A stretch of DNA of 64,000 nt, taken from NCBI RefSeq assembly GCF_009914755.1, contig NC_060938.1; one strand, 5' to 3'. Of this stretch, positions 1 through 11,343 are shown piece after piece (position 1 is the first letter of the stretch; each line of letters starts with the position of its first letter). The DNA is from the human T2T-CHM13v2.0 reference genome, Homo sapiens. The notes under the pieces are model-generated. The model was not told where the DNA came from. It was given only the letters and a program-made list of their open reading frames with translations, and did not search any database. The position numbers and the translations under genes are program-made.

Positions 1-301
1 TCGGGGAGGTGTGTTTTTAAAAGACCATTAGTCTGTTCCATTCTACCTTTCCTGAAGATTGAGGATGGTAAGGGGTATGAAGGTTCCACTGAATACCAAG
101 AGCCTGAGAAACTGCTTGGGTGATTTGACTAATAAAGGCCGGTCCGTTATTGGACGGTATAGAGGTAGGAAGGCCAAACTGAGGAATTATGTCTGACAGA
201 AGGGAAGAAATGACTGCGGTGGCCTTCTCAGACCCTGTGGGAAAGGCCTCTACCCATCCAGTGAAAGTGTCTATCTAGACCGAGACGTATTTTAGTTTCC
301 T

Positions 302-2520
302 GACTCAGGGCATGTGAGTAAAGTCAATTTGCCAGTCCTGGGCAGGGGCAAATCCCCGAGCTTGATGTGTAGGGAAGGGAGGGGCCCTGAACAATCCCTG
401 AGGAGTAGTAGAACAGCAGATGGAACACTGAGAAGTGATTTCCTTGAGGATAGATTTCCACGATGGAAAGGAAATGAGAGGTTCTAAGAGGCAGACTAGC
501 AGCTTATAACCTACATGGAAGAGGTTATGAAATGACGACAGAATAGAATGGGCCTGTGAGGCTGGAAGGAGATATGTTCCTTGGTCCAAGAACCATTTGC
601 CTTGTGTGGGAAGAGATTGATAGGTGGAAGTTTCAGTAGGGGAGTAAGTGGGAGTGACCGATGAGAAGGAGAAAAACTGCCATGAGGGAGAGAAGTTGGA
701 ACGCTAGCTGCTTCTTTAGCTACCTTATCAGCATAAGCGTTGCCCTGAGCAATGGGATCTGATGCCTTTTGATGGCCCTTGCAGTGAATGACTCCAGCTT
801 CCTTTGGAAGTAAAGCGGCTTTGAGAAGAGTTTTTATTAAAGAGGCATTAATGATGGAGGACCCTTGTGTAGTGAAGAAATTTCTTTCTGCCCATATAAC
901 AGCATGGTGGGGCAGGATATGGAAGGCATAGTTAGAGTCAGTATAAATATTGACATGTAGTCCTTTTGCAAGAGTAGGGCTTGAGTTAAGGAAATGAGTT
1001 TGGCTTGCTGAGAGGTAGTGGAGGGGAGCAGAAAGTATATGTGTCAGGTGTGAGGAAGAAAATAGATTTTGGAAGTTATGAGAACTGTAGAGAGTGACTG
1101 TAGAGAGTTGAGCATAGTTTGTGATTTTTAGGACCTCTAAAAGTATTAAGGCAGCAGCAGCCACCGCACACAGACATGAGGGCTAGGCTAAAACAGTAAA
1201 GTCAAGTTGTTTGGATAAAGAGGCCACAGGGCATGGTCCCAGTCCTTGTGTAAGAATTTTGACTGCACAGCCCTGCACTTCAGCTGTGTTAATGAAAAAG
1301 GGTTGGGATGAGTTAGGGAGAGCTAGTGTGGGAGCAGCTTCTAGGGCTGTTTTTAAGGAATGGAAAGGAGTGGCAAAAGGATTTGGGATCTGTGGGGTCA
1401 GCCAGGTTTGCTTTTGTGAGTTTATATAATGGTTTAGTCAGGATGGAAAAACGAGGTATCCAAAGGTGGAAGTACCTAACCATGCCTAGGAAGGAAAGGA
1501 GTTGTCGTTTTGTAGAAGGGGTCAGGGTTTGGGAGATTAGCTGGACACGATCAGCAGGGAGAGCACGTGTGTTTTTATGAGAACTATGTCGAGATAGGTA
1601 ACACATGAGGAAGAAATTTGGGCTTGACTGAAGTAATGGGGGCTGTCTGTGAAGCCTTGCGGGAGTACAGCCCAGGTAATTTGCTGAGCCTGATGGGTGT
1701 CAGGGTCAGTCCAAGTGAAAGCGAAGAAAGACTGGGATGAAGGGTGCAAAGGAATAGTAAAGAAAGCATGTTTGAGATCCAGAACAGAATAACGGGTTGT
1801 GGAGGGAGGTATTGAGGATAGGAGAGTATATGGGTTTGGCACCATGGGGGGGATAGGCAAAACAATTTGGTTGATAAGGTGCGGATCCTGAACTAACCTG
1901 TAAGGCTTGTCTGGTTTTTGGACAGGTAAAATGGGGGAATTGTAAGGAGAGTTTATAGGTTTTAGAAGCCCATGCTGTAGCAGGTGAGTCATCACAGGCT
2001 TCAGTCCCTTTAAAGCCTGTTGTGGGATGGGATACTAGTGTTGAGCAGGGTAAGGTTGATTAGGTTTTAATGGGATAATGGGCTGGTGATCAGTTGCCAG
2101 GGAGGGAGTAGAGGTGTCCCATACTTGTGGGTTAAGGTGGGGGGATATGAGAAGAAGGCATGAAGGAGGCTTTGGGTTGGGAAGAAGGGTGGCAATGAGA
2201 TGTGGCTGTAGTCCAGGAATAGTCAGGGAAGCAGATAATTCAGTTAAAATGTCTCAGCCTAATAAGAGAACTGGGCAGGTAGGGATAACTAAAAAAGAAT
2301 GCATAAAAGAATGTTGTCCAAGTTAGCACCAGAGTGGGGGAGTCTTAAGGGGTTTAGAAGCCTGGCTGCCAATACCCACAACAGTTATGGAGGCAAGGGA
2401 AACGGGCCCTTGAAAAGAAGGTAATGTGGAGTACGTAGCCTCTGTATTGATTAAGAAGGGGACAGACTTACCCTCCACTGTAAGAGTTACCTAGAGCTTC
2501 TGTGATGGTCCAGGAAGCTT
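302..2520 (-). pseudogene. pol: HERV-H pro-pol remnant (protease, RT lacking the YXDD core, RNase H, truncated integrase)
   Basis: Protease site degenerate as FLINTEA (~2436-2460). ORFs 1537..1995, 1313..1606, 511..1164 and 305..589 carry RT, RNase H and IN motifs in different frames. Confidence 0.93.
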
Positions 2521-2583
2521 CTAAGGTGATTGGGCAGCGTCAGTCTTCAGCCGCTAAGCCAAGAAGATCTGGGAAGGAGCTAG

Positions 2584-3560
2584 TCAGAGCCTTAGGCCAG
2601 TTGGACAGTCCAGTTTCCACTGGGGTCCCACACAGATGGGACACGGCTTAGGAGGAATCCTGGGCTGCGGGCATTCCTTGGCCCGGTGGCCAGATTTCCA
2701 GCACTTGAAGCAAGATCCTGGGGGAGGAAGTCCTGAAGGAATGCCTGGCCGCTGTGGCTTAGGCGTTTTGAAGTCCTTGTGTGCTGGAGATGTGGCTGGG
2801 GTTTCTCTCACAGCAGAGGCAAGTAATTGCAACTCTTCTCTATTATTGTACACCCTGAAGGCAAGGTTAATTAAGTCATGTTGTGGGGTTTGAGGGCTGG
2901 AATTTAATTTTTGGAGTTTTATTTAATGTCGGGAGCAGATTGGGTAATAAAATGTATTTTGAGGATAAGATGGGCTTTTGACCTTTTAGGGTCTAGGGCT
3001 GTAAAGCGTCTCAGGATTGCTGCCAAACAAGCCATGAACTGGGCTGGGTATTTATATTTGATAAAAAGAGCCTAAGCGCTAACTGATTTGGGAGAGGCCG
3101 GATAAAGAAAAAGGAGCATTCACCTTGACTATGCCTTCAGCTCCAGCCACCTTTTTAAGAGGAAATTGCTGGGCAGGTAGGGGAGGGCTAGTGGCAGAAC
3201 AAAACTATAAGCGGGACTGGGTGTGAGGAGGGGAGGTGATAAAAGGATTATAGGGTTGGGGAGCGGAGGCCGAGGAAGAATTGGGACCTGGCTTGGCCTG
3301 GCGAGGAGCAGCCTGGGGAGGAGGGGAGAGGTCAGATGGGTCCATAAAAAAGGAAGATTGGAAAGACTCAGCAACACTTGGGGTCGGGACTGAGGGGACA
3401 GGTGGGAGGGAAAGAAGGAAGATTTGGGACAAGTTGCATTGGGAACAGAGACCAGGGAGGGACCAATGTGTAAAACAATGCCTGGACATCAGGCACCTCA
3501 GACCATTTGCCCATTTTACACCAAGAATTATCCAGATCTTGTAGGATGGAGAGATAGAAA
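2584..3560 (-). pseudogene. gag: HERV-H gag remnant
   Basis: ORF 2584..2853 has CFKCWKSGHRAKEC and CPICVGPQWKLDC nucleocapsid knuckles. Proline-rich PQPY region upstream. Stops and frameshifts are present. Confidence 0.88.
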
Positions 3561-4270
3561 GTGCTGTTTTCCGGCTATTTGGAACCATTGTCGATTTTGT
3601 ATTGGGGTCAAGCGGTGTTGCAGAAGAAAATAAGGCATTTAGGTTTTAGGTCAGGTGTGAGTCGAAGAGGTTTTAAGTTCTTGAGAACACAGGCTAAGGG
3701 AGAAGAAGGAGGAATGGAGGGTGGAAGGTTGCCTATAGTGAAGGAGGCGAGTTCAGAGAAAAGAGAGGGTAGAGACACAGAGAGAAGGGGTGGGAGGTGC
3801 TTGTCCCCCAGGAAAGTGGAAAAGGGGTGGGAGGTGCTTGCCCCCCAGGAAAGTGGAGAGAAAAGAGAGAGTAGAGGCATGGAGAGAATGGGTGGGGTGA
3901 GCAGCCCTGGGCTGCAATGTGGGTGAGCAGCCAAAGCAGGCGTCCCTGCAATTGACTTGCCACCAAGGGAATGTGAGTGAATGACCAAGGCAGGCGTCCC
4001 TGCGGTGATCAGATACCAATGAAATGTGGGTGAATAATCAGGCAGGCGTCCCTGCAGTGATTAAACACCAAGGGAAGACTGTCTTCCCGAGTCTGTGACC
4101 GGTGCTGGAGTTTTGCGTCCACGGATAAAATGCATCTCCTTTGTCTCTACCAGGAAAGGAAAGGAACTGAAATTAACAGAAGGGAGAGATTGAAGTGTGG
4201 CACCAAGATTGAAAGGAGAAAGAGGTTGAGGGATAGTGAGAGAAGTTGGAGAAGAGAGTAAAGAGAGGTC

Positions 4271-4279
4271 ACTTACCGG
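4271..4279 (-). promoter_or_regulatory. HERV-H major splice donor (CCG|GTAAGT)
   Basis: Plus ACTTACCGG equals minus CCG|GTAAGT, ~145 nt downstream of the LTR, where the HERV-H leader donor is expected. Confidence 0.8.
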
Positions 4280-4402
4280 ATTTAAAATTGGTGAGATGTT
4301 CCTTGGGCTGGTTGGTCTGAGGATCCGAGGTCATAGGTGGATCTTTCTCATGGAGCAAAGAGCAGGAGGACAGGGGATTGATCTCCCAAGGGTGGTCCCC
4401 CA

Positions 4403-4420
4403 ATCCGAGTCACGGCACCA
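4403..4420 (-). promoter_or_regulatory. Primer-binding site complementary to the tRNA-His 3' end
   Basis: Minus strand reads TGGTGCCGTGACTCGGAT, 2 nt after the LTR end; this is the defining HERV-H PBS. Confidence 0.95.
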
Positions 4421-4422
4421 AA

Positions 4423-4823
4423 TTTCACTCGCGTCTGTATGAAGAGACCACCAAACAGGCTTTGTGTGAGCAACAAGGCTGTTTATTTCACCTGGGTGCA
4501 GGCGGGCTGAATCCGAAAAGAGAGTCAGGGAAGGGAGATAGGGGTGGGGCCGTTTTATAGGATTTAGGTAGGTAGTGGAAAATTACAGTCAAAGGGGGTT
4601 GTTTTATGGCTGGCAGGGGTGGGGGTCACAAGGTGCTCAGTGGGGGAGCTTTTGAGCCAGGATGAGCCAGGAGAAGGAATTTCACAAGGTAATATCATCA
4701 GTTAAGGCAGGACCAGACTATTTTCACTTCTTTTGTGATTCTTCAGTTACTTTAGGCCATCTGGATATATACTTCCAGGTCACATGGGATACGATGGCTT
4801 AGCTTGTGCTCAGAGCCCTGACA
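4423..4823 (-). mobile_element. 5' LTR of HERV-H (LTR7 family), ~401 bp
   Basis: Starts TGTCAGGGCTCTGAGC and ends GACGCGAGTGAAA on the minus strand. TATA-like TATAAAA at 4553-4559 next to a GC/GT box; AATAAA at 4482-4487; PBS immediately follows. Confidence 0.95.
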
Positions 4824-5162
4824 GTCAGAACACAGCTTGGTTTTATACATTTTAGGGAGACATGAGACATCAATCAACATATGTAAAATGAACATTGGTT
4901 TGGTCCAGAATCTAAGCAAAAGTGGGACAACTCTAAGCGGGGAGGCTACTTCCAGGTCACAAGTAGGTGAGAGACAAACGGTTGCATTCTTCTGGGTTTC
5001 TGATGAGCCTCTCCGAAGGAGGCAATCAGATATGCATTTATTTCAGTGAGCAGAGGGATGACTTTGAATAGAATGGGAGGCAGGTTTGCCGTAAGCAGTT
5101 CCCAGTTTGACTTTTCCCTTTCGCTTAGTGATTTTGGGGGCCCAAGATATTTTTCTTTCGCA
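4824..5162 (-). mobile_element. MER4A-like ERV1 LTR portion, interrupted by the HERV-H insertion
   Basis: Minus strand begins TGCGAAAGAAAAATATCTTGGGCCCCCCAAAATCACTAAGC...GGGAAAAGTCAAACTGGGAACTGCTTA, matching the MER4A start; it stops abruptly at the LTR7 boundary. Confidence 0.8.
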
Positions 5163-5184
5163 ATAAATAATAATTATTTACATT

Positions 5185-6925
5185 TATACAACTGATTTTT
5201 AACATTGTACTGAAAGTCCTAGCTAATGCAATAAGACAAGGAAAGAAAATAAAAGGCATACAGATTAGAAAGGAAGAAATTAAAGTGCCTTTTTTTTTAC
5301 GATGACGTGATTGTGTCCGTAGAAAATCCCCCACATCAAAAAACCCTCCTGAGACTAATAAATGATTGTAACAAGGTTGCAAGATGCAAGATTAATACAT
5401 ACAAGTCATTGCTTTTCTATATATCCATAATGAATAGTTGAAATTTGATATTAAAAAGATAATAATTAGCACCAAGAAAAATGAAATACTTAGGTACAAA
5501 TCTAACAACACATGTTCAAAATCTATGTGAGAAGAACTACAAAACTCTAATGAAATAAATAAAAGATCTAAATAAATGGAAAGATATTCCATGTTTATGG
5601 ATAGAAAGACATGATATTGTTATCAGTTCTTCCCAATTTGATCTATAGATTCAGTGCAATCCCAATAAAAATCTCAGCAAGTTACTTGGTGAATATTGAC
5701 AATCACATTCTTCAACTTAGACTGAAAGGCAAGGCTCAGAATAGTTAATATAACATCCAGGAGGAAAACTTAGAGGACCTGAAGACTTGCTACAAAGCTG
5801 CAGTAACAGACAGTGTGGTATTGGCAAAATAATAGACAAACAGAGCAATGGAACAGATCAGAGAGCCCAGGAATAGGCTCTATAAATATAATCGACTGAT
5901 CTTTGACAAAAGAGCAAAGGCAACCTAATGGAGAAAGATAGTCTTTTCAATAAGTGGTGCTGTGATGACCAGACACACATGCCAACAAATGCATATAGAC
6001 ACAGACTTACACCCTTCACAAAAAATAAGTCAAAATGGGATCATAAACCTAAGTGTAAACCACAAAACTATTAAACTTGTAAGGATAACATAAGAGAAAG
6101 CCTAAGTGTTTGGTGATGACTTTTTAGATACGACACCAAAAGCATGATCCATGAAAGAAAAAATTGGTAAGTTTGGCTTCATTAAAATTCATCACATCTG
6201 GTTGTGAGAGTTACTGCTAAGGGATGAAAAGACAAGCCACGTACTGGGGTAAAAAGATGTTCAAACCACATGTCTGATAAAGGACTCGTGTCTAAAACAC
6301 AAAAAACTAAAACTCAACGATAAGAAAACAACCCAATTAAAAATGGTCAAGAGATCTGGACAGACACCTCATCAAAGAAGATATACAAAGCAGAGATGGA
6401 TTAATAAACTATGGTACATGCATACAGTGGAATATTATTTAGCAATGAAAAGAATTGAGCTAATTAAGCCATGAAAAGACATATTAAAAGCATATTAGTA
6501 AGGGAAATAAATCAATCTGAAAAGGCTACCTACTGCGTGATTTCAACTGAATGACATTCTAGAAAAGGCAAAACTATGGAGACAGTAAAAAGATCTGTGG
6601 TTGCCAGGGATTTGGAGGAACGAAAGGAGGGATGAAGAAGTGAGCTTACTGTAATGATGGATACTTGACATTATCACTGGTCAAAACCCACAGAATGCAC
6701 ACCACCAAGAGTGAACCCTAATGTAAACTGTGCATTTTGATTAATAATAATGTATCAATTGGCTCATCAATTACAACAAAGGTACCATGCTAATGCAAGA
6801 TAGAAATCATTGAGGAAATTGTGCTTGGGCATATTTGGGAACTTTATATACTTTCTGGTCAATTTTTCTGTAAAATCAAAACTACTCTTAAAAAAAAAAG
6901 TCTACTAATTAAAGAGAAAAAAAGT
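5185..6925 (+). mobile_element. Ancient L1 (L1MC-like) ORF2 3' part and 3' UTR with A-rich tail
   Basis: Degenerate ORF2 motifs (GCAATAAGACAAGGAAAGAAAATAAAAGGCAT, GATCTTTGACAAA) and an L1MC-type 3' UTR (GTGAACCCTAATGTAAACT...ATAATAATGTATCAA) ending in A-runs. Confidence 0.85.
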
Positions 6926-7734
6926 CTCTAAGATTAATCTCCAGTCCCCGGACCTGCATTTAGAGCCCTGCACAGCAATGGGACACCAGCTGTGACCTCC
7001 TGTGGCCTTCTGTTGTGGAGAGAGGCCCCTGTGTGAGTGGCTCTGTGTCTGACGCCCCTACAGGGTGGTCTGCACACTGCATCCCTGGCCTGCGGTGTCC
7101 ATGGAGGGCCACTGGGTATCAAGCCAAGACACCTGCCCCGACCTGCTTCTCCCTGGGCTCTCTCTCCTGTGGAGCCCCCTCCATCTGCCCCCAAGTTGGT
7201 TTCATCCCCAACAACAGGCGACATGGTGGGGGAGGCTTCCCGTGGGCTGCTCTCTCAGGCAGCTCCTTGAAGCTGGTGTTTTGCTGCCTTCATGGCTCTT
7301 CCTTCATTGTTCTTATCTATTACTTCTTCCTGCTGCCCATTGCAGGCACGCAGAACGCTCTCCAGGGCTGATAGTTTGCGGACTGGAGGGCAAGGAACCT
7401 TGCCCTGTCCTCTACCACCTTTCACATCCCTCCCCGATACAAACCTTCCCAGTTTGTTGGGGGCACAGGAGCGGCACTGGACTGTGTGACTGGGCATCTT
7501 CCACCATGTCTGCATGCATGTGCATGCATGTGTATGTGAGGACATGTTGTCAGACTTGAAGTGCACCCCCTTCTGCCCTCCTGCATGGGTCTGCGTGTGC
7601 ACACGTCTCCCCGAGAGGACTGGTGTGCCCATGTGGGTGTCCCTCCTTCTGTGTGTCCCATGTCCCTGGGTGCGCCTGTCCGTGGCTCTCTATGTGGGTG
7701 GCTTCCTGAGCCTTGTTTTACCTGTTTAAAAAGT

Positions 7735-8790
<1,056 letters not shown>

Positions 8791-9230
8791 TACTAGAATA
8801 GGTGGTTATTTTGGGAAGAGATAGAGTATCTTCAAAGTAAGTGAATAAACCCTGTTCCTTATTGTTTATTAATAATTATGGTTTGCAACTATATCTTTCA
8901 CAATGGAATGGGCTGCAAGAAGGCCAAATTAGAGAAGCAACCAAAAGCATAGAAATTCAACATAAAAGTTCCAAACTGATCATAAAATTTAGTCAACAAA
9001 TGAGAAGTGCCTATCTAAAAAGATGATCATTTGAACCAGTATTGGCATTCTTTGCCCTGGTGCCCCTGGCCAGTGTACATTGGTGTAAATCAGCACCCCA
9101 GGATGAGTGAGCTTGAAAATCTACGTCCGAACCTTGCCTAGTTACAAACCAGATGTGTAGCCTCAGGCAAGTCAGTTAATGCTGGCTCATAATAATTCTA
9201 GACTTCTTGGTCTGAAATATGTAATGCTAT

Positions 9231-9877
9231 CGTAGGATATAATAAATTCCTCTTCAAAGGTTTTAGCCTGTAAATTGTTAAGTACAATGAGTTCTGAGAT
9301 CCTCTCCAAAGAACCAACGTATCAGTATATTCAGCTCCCCTGTTCTTTGTTCTTCATTTTAAACGTTAACTTCCTTGTTCTTTATATCTCCTTGGCCCTA
9401 GTCTCAGTAAACAACCCACCAGTTCTAATCAGTAGTTCACATCTGTTCCCCTGGTCACCTGATCCATCCTGAGTCACCCTTGGTCACCTGCTCTGTCCTG
9501 AGTCACCCTTGGTCACCTGCTCTGACCTCAGTCATCCTTGGTCACCTGCTTCATTCTTAGTCATCCTGAGTCACCTGTTCTGTAACTGTCTTTCCCGCCA
9601 AACTACTCTCCCCGCCACTCCAGCTCTCTTTAAAATAGCCAATCAGAATTAGCCTAGACTGTGTGGTCCAACCCTAGCCAATAGGGGAAAAACACAGCAG
9701 TAGGGGCTACCTACATCAGGGATAAGAACCCCTTTCCCTCCCTTATCCAGGTGTGCTCTTGCCATTGCTCCATCCACGAGGTGCACCCTTCTATAGAAAC
9801 AAAATTGCCTTGCTGAGAAAATTAAATTTATGTCTGGGTGTTATTTCTTTGGTGGCACTGAAAATTTATTTCTAACA
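9231..9877 (+). mobile_element. 5' LTR (LTR10 family, LTR10A-like)
   Basis: Begins (C)GTAGGATATAATAAATTCC and ends TTTCTAACA; ~29-bp internal repeats with TGAGTCA, two CCAAT boxes, ATTAAA. Confidence 0.9.
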
Positions 9878-9880
9878 AAT

Positions 9881-9900
9881 TTGCGGGTCTGCCCAGGATT
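9881..9900 (+). promoter_or_regulatory. Degenerate primer-binding site, tRNA-Pro type
   Basis: TTGCGGGTCTGCCCAGGATT directly after the LTR resembles TGGGGGCTCGTCCGGGAT with several mismatches. Confidence 0.6.
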
Positions 9901-10505
9901 CCCATTCTTCTCTGGGGAAGGGTCCCATCCTCTCCTGTGAGGAGGCACACCCTGCTGCCACGTTGTGGTGGCCTCAGAGGTAAGGAATTGGGACCCACCC
10001 AGTGCAATGAATAAAGCCAGAATCTCAGCAATGCAGGAAAAAAAGGCCTACAAATACATACCATGGTGACCAGGTAACTCTGTGTACAGACCAAGGTAAG
10101 AAATGCCGCGGGGATGGTGAAGTATTTCCTTGGTGGTTGGGACCAATATAAGAAAAGCTGCAGGGCAGTGAAGTATTTCTTTTTTGGGACATATCAAGGT
10201 AAGAAAAGCCATGGGGGGCAGTGAAGTATTCCTTGGTGGTCAGGACATCCTGGAGGTTGAAAGTGTGCGAGTGAAACACACAGTTGAGGGCGGAGCAAGT
10301 ACAGAGTCCGGATCTGGTTCTGCAATCACCTCATACAGCTTATCCTAAGAAGGACCTGAAAATCCCCACAATGGAAGCAGACGCAGAAGGATGACGCAAA
10401 AGCTGGAGGGTGAGAGGTTAAGCCCTACAGACTCACTAGGGTGCAAGAAATTTCTAATAAGAGAGATTGAGCCCCATGGACTCAGGGAAAAACACTTTCT
10501 CCAGG

Positions 10506-11343
10506 ATGGGAAATATAGCAAGTAAAGATAGGAAAGATCATGATCATGATAATATCCCCTCTAACAGTCCCCTAGGCCTAATGTTAGAATGAATATTAGA
10601 AAGATGATGGAAGGACCAAATACAAGAAAAAGCAGCAAATGATAAAATACTGCTGTTTTATTTGGACTAAAGAACCTTCTTCTCCCCCAAGCAGCTGCCA
10701 CCCCAGACCCTTCCGCTAAACCTAAAAAAAAGGAGCTTAAACCACTCTTAGATGCCCCTTATAGAGTGGCAGATCAAACTGATCAGTTTTAGGGCCCCAG
10801 TTGTATACTTGGAACGAGTTAATGTCTGTCTTAGGCATCTCATTCTCAGGAGAAGAGAGGAGCATGATACGCAGGGCCGCTATGACATTTTGGGAACATA
10901 AACACCCTCCTGGTCAGAACGTCCCAGCAGCTGAACAAAAATTCCCAGCCCAGAATCTTCAATGGGATAACAACAATATAGCCCATTGAGGAAATATGAA
11001 AGACCGTAGGGAGATGGTAATAAAAGGAATTTGAAAATTGGTGCTCTGCACCCAGAGTCTTACCAAGGGCTTTAATATAAAACAGGGAAAAGATGAGGGA
11101 CAGACAGAATTTTTAGAAAGGCTTAAAGAGCAAAAGAGAAAATACGCTGACCTAGAATCAGAAGACCTCCTTGGACAAAGAATGTTAAAGCTCCACTTTG
11201 TCACCAATAGCTGGCCAGACATTACTAAGAAATTACACGGCAAATGTTTCAAAAGTGGAAAAATAGATCACTTTTAAAGACAATGTCCCAAATGGGAAAA
11301 GGAAGAAAATGTCATCCCACTTATGGCTTTTGAAGAAGATTAG
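10506..11343 (+). pseudogene. gag: ERV gag remnant with internal deletions
   Basis: ATGGGAAAT (MGN) start near 10506; capsid-like YTWNELMSVLG...EERSMIRRAA; major homology region IKQGKDEGQTEFLERL; partial Cys knuckle; stop TAG near 11341. Confidence 0.85.

Larger units (their letters stand above)
1..4823 (-). mobile_element. HERV-H endogenous retrovirus provirus (internally deleted type); 3' part lies outside the window
   Basis: On the minus strand the order is LTR (TGTCAGG... to ...GTGAAA), PBS TGGTGCCGTGACTCGGAT, leader, gag zinc knuckles, protease, RT (YRLVQD, SVLDLKHAFF, LPQGF), RNase H (NIYTDS, HCKGHQ, GNAYAD) and integrase start (DWQIDFTHMP). Confidence 0.97.
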
